DNA of 63,626 nucleotides, counting the filler, from Rhabdomonas costata (lineage: Eukaryota): NCBI GenBank assembly GCA_019059605.1. It is 44 parts of 44 records of this genome, joined end to end, with 100 filler letters (N's around TTAATTAATTAA, not from the genome) between each part and the next. Parts side by side here need not be neighbours in the genome. Positions count along the whole stretch, not along the records: positions 10,144 to 11,492 come from JAHMHO010018587.1; positions 11,593 to 12,946 come from JAHMHO010018588.1; positions 13,047 to 14,395 come from JAHMHO010018589.1; positions 14,496 to 15,844 come from JAHMHO010018590.1; positions 15,945 to 17,287 come from JAHMHO010018591.1; positions 17,388 to 18,735 come from JAHMHO010018592.1; positions 18,836 to 20,183 come from JAHMHO010018593.1; positions 20,284 to 21,631 come from JAHMHO010018594.1; 36 more parts are not named here. One strand, 5' to 3'. The notes under the pieces were generated by a model. It saw only the letters and a program-made list of their open reading frames with translations, ran no database searches and was not told the origin of the DNA. This document shows positions 10,145 to 23,254 of this stretch, piece by piece. The translations under genes and the position numbers were made by a program. The stretch's first letter is position 1, and each line of letters starts with the position of its first letter.

Positions 10145-11492
10145 TTGTGTTGGAAAGGCATACGTCTTTACAGCACTTCCAACAAGCTGCAACACTTTAC
10201 CTTCAGTTGCCAGACCATCTGCACTTACGCGCTTACGCACTGCTCCGGCTTGTCAAGCAGGACAGGGGCTCGTCTTTCTCTGCTCCAGTTGCGGTTGTAT
10301 TCGCGGGCGCCGCCCAGAGACTCGCGGAAGCGCCCCGGCCCTGACCCGGTCGATAACGAGCGGCTTGCCTGGGAGCTTCACGGGTGTGTGAAGGACTTAA
10401 GTGGTGAGAATGCTGCACTTGCGCTGGACCGGCTCAATTGCCTGGTACCCGTGGTGATCGCCCAAGCGGGGAGTTTTGACTTCGTTGCACTGGGGAGCAT
10501 TGTGAACGCCCTCTGCAAGTTCTCAGAAAATCGTAGCAACCAAGAGCTGTGGGAGGCCTTGGCGAGGGCCGCCGTTGCACAATCTCCTGGATGGGGTTCG
10601 CAGCTCACTCCGCGGCTCGTGGCATGTTGCGTGAATGGGTTCTCCAAGGCTGAGCTCCTCTTTGCCGACCCAACACTCTGGAGTGTGCTGGGGAAGGCCG
10701 CCATCGCCGTTTCCGGTCAAATGGGACGCCGCGATGTTGCCATGTGCGTGAATGGGTTTTCCAAGGTCGAGGGTCTGCATGAAAGTCGCGATCTTTGGGA
10801 TGCCTTGGTGGATCGCACCTTTTCTGTGCTACGGCATATGAACACCCAGGACATTGTGAACTGCGTAAATGGCTTCTCCAAAGCGGAGTGCACCCATGAC
10901 AATCGGAGGTTGTGGAACTCTTTAGGGAAGGCGACCCTTCACAAAATGTTCGTGCTCGGCGCCCAAGGCATTGCAAACTGCGTGAACGGGTTTTCTAAGG
11001 TCGAGGGGATTTTTCATTTTCAGCTCCTGTGGAAGGCCTTGGCCAAAGCCACCGTTGCGGAGGTGTCTGGATTTAGCCCCCAGCATGTCGCTAATTGCGT
11101 GAATGGGTTCTCTAAGGTTGACCTTATTCTCAACAACCACGCACTTTGGGAAGCTCTTGCCTCCGCTGCCACCTCCGCTGCGAACGAGATGACCGCCCTG
11201 AGTGTGTCTAACTGCGTTAACGGGTTTTCCAAAGTTGCGCTGGTTCGCCGTAACACAGCTCTGTGGAAAGCTCTGAGCAAGGCAGCCATAGCGAAGGTGA
11301 GAAGGCTGAGTCCGCAGGGTCTCTCCAATTGCGTTAGTGGGTTCTCCAGGCTGGAGCTCTCTCTGCGAAGTCGACGCTTGTGGGAGGCTCTGCGCAAGGG
11401 CGTGATCTCAAAGGTTGCGCGCCTGAACCCCCAGGCACTCGCAGATTGCACAAGCGGCTTTTCCAGAGTTGAGCTCCAGCCTGGAGAACCCA
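10145..11492 (+). CDS. Intronless helical-repeat protein with eight 39-aa repeats plus one degenerate repeat (OPR/HPR/DUF1601-like), open at both ends
   Basis: One open frame spans the whole contig. CVNGFSK-type motifs start at 10628, 10745, 10862, 10979, 11096, 11213, 11330 and 11447 (117-nt period). Consensus xLxPQxVANCVNGFSKVExxxxNxxLWxALxKAxxA. The N-terminal part is Arg/Ser/Leu-rich and acid-poor. Confidence 0.9.
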
Positions 11493-11699
11493 NNNNNNNN
11501 NNNNNNNNNNNNNNNNNNNNNNNNNNNNNNNNNNNNTTAATTAATTAANNNNNNNNNNNNNNNNNNNNNNNNNNNNNNNNNNNNNNNNNNNNGTGTTGGG
11601 CGTGTTTGGGGGTATTTGGCGATCCTCCGCCCACCTACCTTACCTTCCTGGTTCTCCCTTACTTCCGTGCTTGTGAGCATGCGTGTGCGTCAGTCTGTT

Positions 11700-12480
11700 C
11701 AATTGTGTGAATCGGGGAGGAGAATCGGGTCGCTTCTCCTGGAAAACAAGGTCAGGTCCCAGTTCCGATCTGCAAAAGACTCTGACGAACCAGATGCGCC
11801 AAAATGCAGTGAATCCCGTTGAAGCCAGCATTTTCCCAGGAATGCTCCGAAGATGGTGGAAGTCATGGAGACAAACGTGGGTGTCGAAGTGGATGCAATT
11901 GTCCCAGTGCAGCCGCAGCTCAGAGGTCAACCAAGCCGAGAGCCTCGGTTAGGTGTTGTGGGGTTCCACCAACGCGCTAGAAACAAACGGTGATCCCCAG
12001 ATTAGAGAGCGATGCACGCTTCCCAGGATTCCTATACTATATTTGCAAGGGGGCAAGGTAATGCACGTTCCCCTGTTTCTAGGCCTCCACGGACATCCTG
12101 CGGTTGTCAAGATGGGCGAATGGGGTGCCTATGATCGTGGTACTTGTTACGTCCGTCCCATTGACTTCGCCAAGGTTAACTCTCAGGGCAAGCCTCATTG
12201 GGTACCTGGTAAAGGGTCCCCAGTTCTTCATAACTCTGGGTATCCCTTGAGATGCCAGGAAATCTTATGCCCGTAATCCCCTGGTCACCAGCGTTCCAAA
12301 TCTGCATTAATCTCCGTGTTTGGTAATACCTACCCTTTTTTCTGACCCCTCTAAGTCGCTAATGTTTGCGGGAGGGGGGGGGCATAAATACATCAATGGG
12401 CGCGAATATTGGGGTTGGATACAAGTTGGCCATTTATTACCAATTGTCGGATGCCTATACTTCCATATGGCACCACGCCG
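11700..12480 (-). pseudogene. Possible degenerate non-LTR retrotransposon RT fragment
   Basis: Frameshifted pieces LVINGQLVSNP, NVHYLAPL/PLANIV..ILG and MLASTGFTAFWRIWF occur in the order expected for L1-like ORF2 motifs. No intact catalytic motif seen. Confidence 0.3.
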
Positions 12481-15400
12481 GGAAATGTTCCTGCGAATCT
12501 TGTCCCACTGCCGATTTTCTTCAGTGAACGGTGGTTCCATTGAAAAGGTGCGTGGTGGTGCTCATCGTTTACCATTTGCGACCCTCATACTCCACGTTGT
12601 TATGCTTCTCAGTTTTTTCTTACGTGTACGCTTGTGCATATTTCTCTTTCTTCTGTGTTCTTCCACTTGCTGCGAGCGTATCCAAATGGAGCAGCAGGAG
12701 CAGCCCACTCCCCACCCCTCTGCGGCGCAGCAGCTCAGCACCATCAGCTCCCTGGAAGCGGAGCTGGAGGCAATGAAGGGGGCCAAGGCGGAGCTGAAGG
12801 AGCTGAAGGGTAAGGGCCTCTTCCACAGAGCTGGCGCAGGAGAACCTCCCCGCCGAAAAGCTGGAGACCGAGTGCCTTGTCCTCCGGGAAGAGGTGGCAG
12901 CACGTGAAGTTGTGTACTTTCGCGAAGAAAATTGGATGTCTCTGGTNNNNNNNNNNNNNNNNNNNNNNNNNNNNNNNNNNNNNNNNNNNNTTAATTAATT
13001 AANNNNNNNNNNNNNNNNNNNNNNNNNNNNNNNNNNNNNNNNNNNNAGATCCACGTTTTGGGAGTGCCTGGGATGCAGAAATCTAGGCTAAAGACGTAAG
13101 AAAGAACAGGGTGGTGAAATAGAAATCCTGGCGTTGAGCATTTCCACGTGGATTATGACACCCCAACATCTACACAGCCATTGCAAGCGAAGGGGTCCTG
13201 TTTTCTGGAGGTCTGGATGTGAGAGTGCAAGCTGTGGTTATGGAGAAACTCACTACCTCAGCGCTGGAAAGCTCTTCATTGTGGAAGATTCCTTTGCCCT
13301 CACCAGAGTGATGCATCATGCGATTGCTTACGTTATCAGGCAAAATACATAGGCCGGCAATGCGATTGCACCGGGGCCATCATACGACCTCCGGCTCAAC
13401 TCGGGCACATTCCTCACAGGCCGCCACCACACAGGGGACAGTTACAACGCAGAGCTCTCCACTCGAGAGCCTGACCAGGTATTGATTTTTTTTGGAGGGG
13501 TGCCGTTCTCCTTCTCACGTTCTCTAACTTTGGGGCTGAGGGTTCCTTGAGAGAGGAGAGATGTGCTCATTGATAACAGGAGGCTTACGGTTTTCTGCAC
13601 TATATTGCCTGCAGTTGCGCAGCTTTTTCTGAGCATGGAGTACGCGTTCCAACAATACCATACATCAGCAGTGCGCTCCATTTGAATCTGAGATATTCAT
13701 GGCTTCCCGTCCCCCTTACCTCATCCAGCATGGTTAAGGTGGAGGACGTTGCTGCCGACGCGCCCCCGGCGAAGCACCGAAAAGTGGTCTCTGACTCTGA
13801 TGAATAGGCCACGGGCTGCAGTTTGCCCTTTGGCTTGGGAGGGAAAGCTCTTGGGATGTGCGTTTTCCAACCCAAGCAACAAAAAGTTCGCGCGACCTTT
13901 CACCCTTTGTTTTGAAGCATTGCTTTTTTTTTGTGGGATGGCAGTGCTCCTCAGCGCGCCGCCCGGAAGTGTTTTTGGGTCGCGACCCGTCGAGAAGGCT
14001 TTGTTTTGATGCCTGCACAGGTCTGTACTAAGCTTTGCTTCGGGGGGAGGGAAGTGTACTGGGTTGAAGTATGCTCCAGAACGTTTTCTGAAGACTTTTG
14101 AAGCAGCAGGTCACCGAGCCCACCGCCGTGGTTGCATTGCAACTTTGGTTTAAATGAGAAGCTGCAACTGACCCAGCCTGTTTTAGGTTGCCTCATATAA
14201 GAGGGGCTGGTGACTGCGCGGCGGGCCAGGGACCTTTGGACCTTTACCTTCTTTTAAGGTCCCCTGGGTTTGTTGTCTTATGCATCGCGGCAACCTGCTG
14301 GTGTGTTTTCTGTTTGCTTTTTCAGAGCTGACGTGACTGTCCTTCTCTTCGTTTTCCGTTTTCCGGCCTCTCTCTGTGCTTCGGCTGCCACAATGNNNNN
14401 NNNNNNNNNNNNNNNNNNNNNNNNNNNNNNNNNNNNNNNTTAATTAATTAANNNNNNNNNNNNNNNNNNNNNNNNNNNNNNNNNNNNNNNNNNNNTCAGG
14501 GGAGTTGGGCAAGGGGGGGGGGGTAACTCCCGCTTCGCCAGAGCCGCGTCTAACAAAAACTCAAAGACCCAAAAATTCAAAGAGTAATATCCACTGCTTC
14601 AGAAAAGATAGAAAATACAATTCAAAAGTATTTTCGAAAGGCAGGGAGACCTGCCTACACCAAATCCGGACTCCGGAGGGGGGCGGGGGGCGGAAAGAGC
14701 TTTCATCGGGGAAATACCGACTCTCCAGGACGCACTGGGACCATGAAGGATAGACGCACTGGGACACGCATACGGAGGCGATGCGCACACGCACTGGGAC
14801 ACCGCACGATCTTAGGTGCTGCGCTGGGAGGTTCCTGCTCAGCACTAAATTTTCAGAGTAACGGCAGGGGTGACGATTCAGAACAAGTCAGGCAGCCCAA
14901 GCAGGGGTCACAGCGAAGCGTGTGTGTAACTTACCGCCGTACCTGCCACCAATTCAGCAGATGTAACAAGCCTCCAATAGAGTTTACACTCCAAAAATTA
15001 CTGACCGGCATTCACAAGTGTGATCAATAACAGAGCCGAATAGAGCCTCAAACCAGCAAATATGTAGAAGGCTCCACCGTAAACTGAGACTTCAATCAGA
15101 GCAGTTAGAGCACAGATTCCGGGGCTGAGCGGTACAAAGTCAGGGCAGTCAGTGGCATCTTCAAAAGAATGTTCTTCAAAACTTCGCCTTTGCACTCTGT
15201 ACCTACAAGTCTGAAAATATGAAAGGACAGGAGATTTACTCGCCGCGTCGTCGGCACGCAAAGCTCACTTCGTATATATGTCGTATTTTGCCTCCCAGGC
15301 GCGGAACCACCAACAAACTAGTCCCAGTTTCCGGATGGAGCCTTAGTCTTGTAAAGTCGATCTAGAAAGAACTAGAAAGGTGTGATTAGAAAACAAAACG

Positions 15401-18307
15401 AGTGTCTGTTTTTGGCCAACGAGACCTCGAGTCCCCCGAGAAAGGCAGAGAACTCAGAGAGCGCACGCGGCGAATCTTCAGTCCCATTTGTTATGCAGTT
15501 TCACCCTTGGGATGTTCGCGGGACGCTCCCCTGCCGACTATGTCCCGGTGAAAAAGTCATAGTACCACGCGCGGAGCCCAGAAAGGCACCAATGAGAGTG
15601 ACCATGCAATGAACAGACACAGCCTTCTTATAAAGAGAGCAGAAATCGAGAGGGAGATAGAGAGCAAAGGAAAACATGCAAGCAAGGTGTTTCATACCAG
15701 TTCCAGAGAGCCTCCAAAAAAGTCATAAGACAAGGGAACACCCTTTCTCATAGCTTTCCTTTGCTCCGAGCCAACAAAACCCATAAACGTCCCCATGACT
15801 GGGGTCAAGTGCTGGAAAAGGAGCAGTGGGAACCACACACAAAANNNNNNNNNNNNNNNNNNNNNNNNNNNNNNNNNNNNNNNNNNNNTTAATTAATTAA
15901 NNNNNNNNNNNNNNNNNNNNNNNNNNNNNNNNNNNNNNNNNNNNATGGTCTGCAGGCACGATTGGGCCAGTCGACAAAATAACAAGGGCCCGCAAAGGGA
16001 TCACAAGGATAACATACAGCGATCGAAAAAGTGAGGCCGAAACGGGTGAGTCCACAGCTCCGTCCGGTGGGGAACAGGGTGAACGGGGTTGAAGATCAGG
16101 TAGTGCGGGGTATTGGGGCATCCAAGCGCTGGCGGCCGCGACCCCTTCTCGAACGGGAAGACTTTGGCGCAGGCCCCGGGCTGCTTGCCCCCCCTGGAAT
16201 TGGGTTTATGGGCGGAAGAAGAAAACATAAAAGGGAAGAAGAGGAAAGAGCCGAAAAACCTTTTCCGGGCTAGAACAGTTTTTGACCACCTAAAAACCCA
16301 CTGGAGCCCGGGGGGTACCGTTTACGCAACGGTGCCCGGTTCCGGCTTTCCAAAAGGTTTGTTTCCTTTACAATTTACCGGTCGAAACAAGGAGGAAAGC
16401 ATTGCAGTTTCCGTTTTTGAACTTGCAAATTGGCGGGCGGGCGGGCACAGGAATATTTGCTGAAAATCCCTCTAATTTTTCGATCTCTTTCGCCGCCGCT
16501 TTCTTTTCACTTGAAAATTCATTCGCCTTGGTTAACGCTTCATATTCTTCGGTGCTCCGGTTCTCCCGAAACGCTTTGGCACGTTTTAAAGAGGGAAGGG
16601 GACCGATGAAAGGCGTAGGTCGTAACAAGTTCCCCGGGAAACTCTCCCAACGGAAACTCGGTGAAAATCGGTGCCTCTTGCTCCTCTTGCTGGCTCGGGG
16701 CTCGATTCTCCAAAAAGGACCGAAGTGCATCTGAGCGGTCCTGGTCGTGTCGTCTGCCGGTTCAGTTCGCCACTTGTGACCGCTGACCACCTCCACCTTT
16801 TGTGGTGCATCCCAGCGGTCTTCATCCCTGACCAAAACGGAATAGACCGAACGGCAACTCCCGTTGCCGTGGTTACGCTGCCTTCAGAGATCAACCAAAG
16901 CGTTGGCAGTGACATTCCGTGCTGGACACGAAGCGCGCCAAACGTTCGCACTTATCCAGTTTTGAAAGGAAGAGGCAAAGGTGGTGATAAAATCGCGGAA
17001 GTCCCACTTGCTGTTGAAGTTTAGCTATTCAGGAATCACGTTGAGTGAAAAAGGTGAGAAGCAAGGAGTGCTGAGCTTCATTGATTACTGAACTGTCCAG
17101 GAATCAAGCAATGTTCTGTTCTCACCAGCAACAGGAATCCATACGAAGCAGAGAAGCAGAGTTCAATACGATTTGTGCAACCACCCATTTATTTCCATCT
17201 TACGTAGAATTACACGATCAGAACGAACGTCACCACAAAACAAAAGAACTAACCTTGCTCCGCATCACTTCCACGGCCCACAACCCCNNNNNNNNNNNNN
17301 NNNNNNNNNNNNNNNNNNNNNNNNNNNNNNNTTAATTAATTAANNNNNNNNNNNNNNNNNNNNNNNNNNNNNNNNNNNNNNNNNNNNGTTACGCAGCGTT
17401 CCGCGAATTCACACGTGAGAAACTTCAGAAGACTGCATTGTAGTTGCCAGCCTCGCGGCCATCCTCTGAGTCCTCCGAGGCTACCCCCTCGGGAAGCTCA
17501 ACCTGTGACGCAGGCGCAATCGGGTAATTCGCATCCTGCTCATTCTCCATACAGACCCACTCCCACGTAAAGGGGATGAATTCTCGAGAAGGTGGCATTG
17601 CTCAAAAATAAGCGACCAGAGAACGCGCACTTCTGTATGCAGTAAACTATGTATGCAGCTTACTGCATTTACTGCATTTACAATTGTAAAAATTACACGC
17701 CCCTGCCAACCCTATGCAATTTTGTGCAATTGCCACGCAACCTGGGAATCCAAAAAATTTCAACAGACTGAAACTCAAGGTTCAACATTTAGTGAGGATC
17801 GAGGGCACTCACGTGTCGTCTGGAGCCTTGCCCAGGTCCTTTGTACTTCTTTCCGCTGCAGCACAAGATCCTGGAGGGCTTTTGTGAACTTCCGAAAACA
17901 TCTCCCGGACACTGAAGCGCAATCGCCACACACGGGTCTGTGTCGTGGTGATTGTGGTGGTGAGCATTTTATGAAAAATGAGCTCCACCCGGAAAACAAT
18001 AGATTACTCTGTAACATTCTGTGACATTTATGCCCATTGGTCTCAGATGGGTCTTTGAGTGTTGGGGTGGAGTATTTCGGGGTGGGGTACGAAAAATGCA
18101 CCAAAAATTAGGGTTGCGCACCGATTTTTCCAGAAAAAAGCTGCCATTTCCCCATCTTGCAATCTTACATCCTGTTGGGAAACCGGAGCAATGGATTGAG
18201 AATCTGAGTTCAGTCCAGGTGGCAAAAACAAATTGCGGTGGAGCCTGCTATACTGCGCACACTAATGATGCAACACTGTAACAGGAAGAACGGGCGTGGG
18301 GCTGCAC

Positions 18308-18510
18308 CTCCTTCTCTCTGGGGCCACTCAGCCCCCCAAGGGCGATGCACGCCGCAGCGGCCAGCAGCACGGCCAGGGCGCACAGCTGGCGGGTCCCGGG
18401 CAAGGGCCTGTCCAGCAGAAGGTCCCCCAGAAGGGTCACCACCCGGTCCAGTGAGCCCACAGCCGTCACAAAGGTCGCGCTGAGGTACTTCAGAGACACC
18501 GTGAGGCACC
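18308..18510 (-). CDS. Exon of a DMT-superfamily (nucleotide-sugar/TPT-like) transporter
   Basis: CLTVSLKYLSATFVTAVGSLDRVVTLLG...RQLCALAVLLAAAACIALG resembles SATTxxVVGxLxK followed by the last TM helix. CAG acceptor and GT donor. Confidence 0.55.
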
Positions 18511-18870
18511 CTGCCGAGATGTCCCCGCTCCCCTCCATTCGTTCTCTTTTTGCAGTGAGGGGTGTGTGAACGTGCAAATGTGGTGACGCGGGCGGTTTCA
18601 TATGTTTTGGTGACCACCCCCCGCCATCAAGGCCGCAAACGATCACTATCCATGAGTAGTGGGCTCTTCAGCCACCAAGATTCTACTCCCACCAACGCAG
18701 CCCACGGGAGTTTCCCCGCTCGCGCATCCCCCAGCNNNNNNNNNNNNNNNNNNNNNNNNNNNNNNNNNNNNNNNNNNNNTTAATTAATTAANNNNNNNNN
18801 NNNNNNNNNNNNNNNNNNNNNNNNNNNNNNNNNNNTTGGTTGTGGGCTTTGAGAAAATGCAGAAGGGCGC

Positions 18871-19319
18871 CCATCCCCAGCGCGCCCTTCTGCATTTTCT
18901 CAAAGCCCACGGCAAGCACAACATCCACAGAACCGCTCAGGATGGCCTGGCGGGCCAGCATCAGGGCCGCAGAGCCTGAACCGAAACCCATAATCATAAG
19001 GCTTCCCGTTTTCAACTTCAGCGGTGAGTGAAAGGCGTTTCATTTTACACTTGCATACGCAGCTCCATCATGAATTTCGGAACTGACTGCTTATCTACAA
19101 CATCCTGCCAGGGGTTTGTATTCGTATTCTCATTGCAACCGTTGGACGTCGCCGCTTCGCTTCCAAGTCGGCTTTATTTGATGCGAGGAGTATTTCGCGG
19201 GGAACATTCTTGACTCGGAAGCCGTCCAATTTCGTGCAAGTTCAACTGCAGGTACCTGTGGCACAATTGTTGTGGGTGGCCACAATCGGGATACCGGTCA
19301 TCCCCACGGTGTACAAAAC
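18871..19319 (-). CDS. SCP2: SCP2/SCPx-type thiolase, two exons (19319-19256; 18975 to about 18871)
   Basis: VLYTVGMTGIPIVATHNNCAT|GSAALMLARQAILSGSVDVVLAVGFEKMQKGAL contains the active-site NNCATG and GFEKM motifs. Phase-compatible GT-AG intron. Confidence 0.9.
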
Positions 19320-22300
19320 CTGTAAAACACAAAGGGCGCATAAGCGCAATGCCTGTGCTCGCAGCACGGCTTCACAATAAAAAAACATGCAAAAGAAATG
19401 AAACACCGTGGTCGAAAACTGAGTGACAAAATAAGCAAACCAAAAGTTAACAAGCACTCACCATACTCCCGCCTGCCCCTCTCACTTTGAATAAACCTCA
19501 GGGTGACTGAGCAGGCGAGGAGGAGGGGTGAATTTCGCCCACAACCCGATAAGGGCATAAGGGCACACAAACAAACTCAGGGGAGGGAGGGGGGGTGGGA
19601 AGATCCAACGTGGGCGAAATCCGGATTTTCAAGAACACAAAAATGCATTGGATACCAAGACCAAGGGGGCAATGCACCACCGCAGCGGTGCGCGCCTGCA
19701 CTGGGCCACAGCCCGATCGAAGGGAAAGGGATTTTCATCCACCTCAGCAGCGGGCAGAGCCGGGAACCACAAACCCGTTCCGGAAGGATAAATTGCAACT
19801 TGGGGTCAATTGATTTTTGCCATGCACGCAAACAGCCGAATACAGACAGGATTGTAGGGTTGTGACATAACAAAAAAGTAACAGCAAAAAACACAAGGCC
19901 CACTTTTCTACAGGAAAATCTTGAGTGAAAAATGGTGGAAAAAAAACGCGGTTAAAGAACTGTCAATAAGTGCTTTTCACGCCAATTTAAAGAGCGAAAA
20001 GGCAACAAAGAAATTGCAAAATTTTGCTTAATAGTGTAAAAAATGCACTCAATTCCCAGCCCTGCGTGAGCCCAGCAACGAAGCTTTTATTATGCTATTT
20101 TTCTTCCTTCGGAACCGTCAGCACCGAACTGATACGGAATCATCAGGAACACACACACGAAGGGGGTAAAAAAGCAAAAAAAANNNNNNNNNNNNNNNNN
20201 NNNNNNNNNNNNNNNNNNNNNNNNNNNTTAATTAATTAANNNNNNNNNNNNNNNNNNNNNNNNNNNNNNNNNNNNNNNNNNNNGGGTGGTGTTGTGGGAA
20301 AGGCGGCGGGAAAGACGCAAAATCTGCTTCCATCATTTCTCGACTGTGCTGTCGGCTGATTTCTTGCCTGCGGCCCCGTAAGTTCCGTCCTTCGTTCGTT
20401 AAGATTTTTGCTTTGACTTTCCTTGTTCTGTTCTGTTCACGACTGTGGAAACGTGCCCTTTAACCAGGATGCAATTGTGAGAAAAGATGGGGACACAGTG
20501 TTTTCTATCATCCTAAATCCCACAAATCCCACCCGCGCACTTTGAAACACAGACTTTGGGGATACGCCAACGGCATACTCCACCAGTTGACGTGCATTGC
20601 GAGCGCAAAGGCAAAGTGAGCCCGAGTGGCTCAGTTCTACGACGCTGGCTGTGTGAAAAAGTCCACACAGATTAGCGGGGGTTCGGCGGAGTGGAGAGGG
20701 GAGGGGGCATAGGAGCTCGCCAAAAGCAGCCCCTCATGACTCCCCCCAAGCCAGTGGAGAAAACAAAGCCCACACAGCTAGCTTGCACGGAGGCACAAGC
20801 AGGGAACTGCGAAAAGGAAAGGCGGGCCCGCTCATGTCCACTCCTGCGACAAACGAAATGAAAAACGGAAATCCACTATGGGGGTACGTCGCTCCAAATA
20901 CTACATCCACGGGTTGTTCTGGTGTCATTTCGGCAGCCTCTTGATCAATTCTTAGAGAGGAGACAAAAATTCCACCGGTATGGATGAACGCACATCCGTC
21001 CCTCATGCGATGGAGCCCCATATCATCCGCCATGACACGGGTTTGTTCACAAAAACTTCATGGTCATTGTTGCACACACGCACACATGAAAAGAAGCTTT
21101 CCAGGACTCTTCCGAGAGGGACGATAAACCATGGCGCTGGGTTGGGGGGCCTCGCCGCGCTGTGAAATTGGCGATGCTGAAAATGCTGCACTACTATTAC
21201 CCAATTACAGAGTTGCCAACGCAGTTTATAACACTCCACAGCAATGCTGTGCTGGTCGAAGTGCTTCACTTTCAGCCCTTTTGACATTTGCACCCTGTCC
21301 ATATAAAACGCAAAGCTTCGGACTCCAAAAGGATGGTGCATTACATATCAACTTTAACCCACAACTTTTGATATATGCACTCTGGGCTTAGCAGAATATC
21401 CTCAGCCAATCCGGTGGAAAATTCCGCAGGGTGGTGACGGTGGTGGGAAGACAGGGAAGACCCTCTCCGACGGTGCAGCCCAGACAAGGGAAACAACTTC
21501 ATTTTAGGAGCCGAAGCAGGTGAGGCGGAAACGTTGGCCGGAGAAGATAAGCGGCAAAACACTGTGCAGCCCAAGATGGGAAAGTGGTACCGCTTTCCCG
21601 CAGCTCCGAACCAGCCCCCCTACCCCACAACNNNNNNNNNNNNNNNNNNNNNNNNNNNNNNNNNNNNNNNNNNNNTTAATTAATTAANNNNNNNNNNNNN
21701 NNNNNNNNNNNNNNNNNNNNNNNNNNNNNNNGGGGGGTTAGGGCTAACAACCCGGGAAAAGGAGCCCGTGCTCCCAGACGCGTCCCTCCCGAACTTTTCT
21801 TTGAGCCATGTCCAGGCAGTGGTGTGCAGGAGAGGGCCCCCTCTCTCGCTGCACTCAAGCAGCACACCTGAGTGGCGACTCACCGCATCTCACATGCCAC
21901 CGCGAATCATCGGGTACACAAACTGGCCATCCGTGGCAGGGCCTAAGTCCGCCTAGCTACAGCACGAAAGTTACCTTAACGTCATTCTATCACATTAAAG
22001 TATCGGGTACTAGGGTATTAAGGAACTAGGGGACTACTTTACTACGGTCTTTCGGTTTGGTTTGTCATTTCTACCTTTTTTCTGTGCTAAGAGCCTTCCG
22101 AGGACCTGCATAAAAAACGGCAACGTGAGCCTGCAGCATAGACTGGACAAAGGAGGATGCTCTTACAACATATAGCATGCTACGAAACCCCTGTAGTTCC
22201 TTTCCGTTTTCATTTGAGCCAGCGCAAAGGGATAATGCCTCTGTCCACCAAGCACACAGCGAATGGGCAGGAACAATGAACCGATAAACTCTGGTGCTAG

Positions 22301-23214
22301 AATGCATTTCAAACCCTGCAGAAGCCAACTACCAACTACCAACTAGTCCCAAGCTCATACTGGTTCATACTCTGATAACTTGATCCAAATGCGTCAATTT
22401 CCGGCCTGGTGTTGGCTGAAGTTTAGTCTCTTGAGAGAGAAGCGGGAAAAGCCCGGAGTTGGACTTCAGAGAATCATGGGTTTTCCCATTGAACTCCTCG
22501 GCCAGACGCTAGACAGAGAGCAAACAGGATACATACACAGCACCTTGCAGAAGCACAGGAGCGCTGGAAAGTTGATGCAGGCGCGAAGTAGTGCACGTGC
22601 AAGGGCTAGGATGAACACATGGCACAAGCCCAAACCCGAAGGCGGCATGTTTGCGCTCAGCACAATACAGTAGGAAAAGACGTCTCGGGGAGTGCATTTT
22701 GCAAACACATCACAGCACAGGGGACGCGGCAAAAGCGCAATGAAATATTCACAAAACCTCTCTATCCCTCCATGTTCATTTTACCCAATACTCCGACACG
22801 AGAAATAAAGTAGGGAAATAAAAGACCCCGTGTCTGGAGAATGGAGGACAGCATGTTGACATGAGCCCTTGAGGAACGAGGAAGTACACCGTAGTGCACC
22901 GGCACCAACACAGGGCCCATGATTTCACAAATGTTTTCAGTTTGGGCGAGGGACGCTGGCAAAAGGAGTCCAGCTAAAGCACCCTGAGCGTTGAGGAGCT
23001 GAAAGGGAAAGGTAACCAACCACTGCTCAGACATGGCGCGGCACATCCACCGGCCCAGGAAAGTTTGTCAAATGGAAANNNNNNNNNNNNNNNNNNNNNN
23101 NNNNNNNNNNNNNNNNNNNNNNTTAATTAATTAANNNNNNNNNNNNNNNNNNNNNNNNNNNNNNNNNNNNNNNNNNNNGTGGGGTTGTTCATGGTGTCCT
23201 CGACAAGAGCAGGG

Positions 23215-23216
<2 letters not shown>

Positions 23217-23250
<34 letters not shown>
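23217..23250. repeat. (TC)n microsatellite
   Basis: About 17 perfect TC units. Confidence 0.97.

Positions 23251-23254
<4 letters not shown>

Noticed and set aside
966-11492. Piwi, viral helicase, retroelement RT and repeat protein read as a clustered defence or retron-like system
   Set aside because: Each lies on a separate contig, and their adjacency results only from size sorting.
18842-18910. 29-bp perfect hairpin read as a terminator or miRNA precursor
   Set aside because: It is an inverted copy of thiolase coding sequence at the contig edge, which indicates a fold-back artefact.
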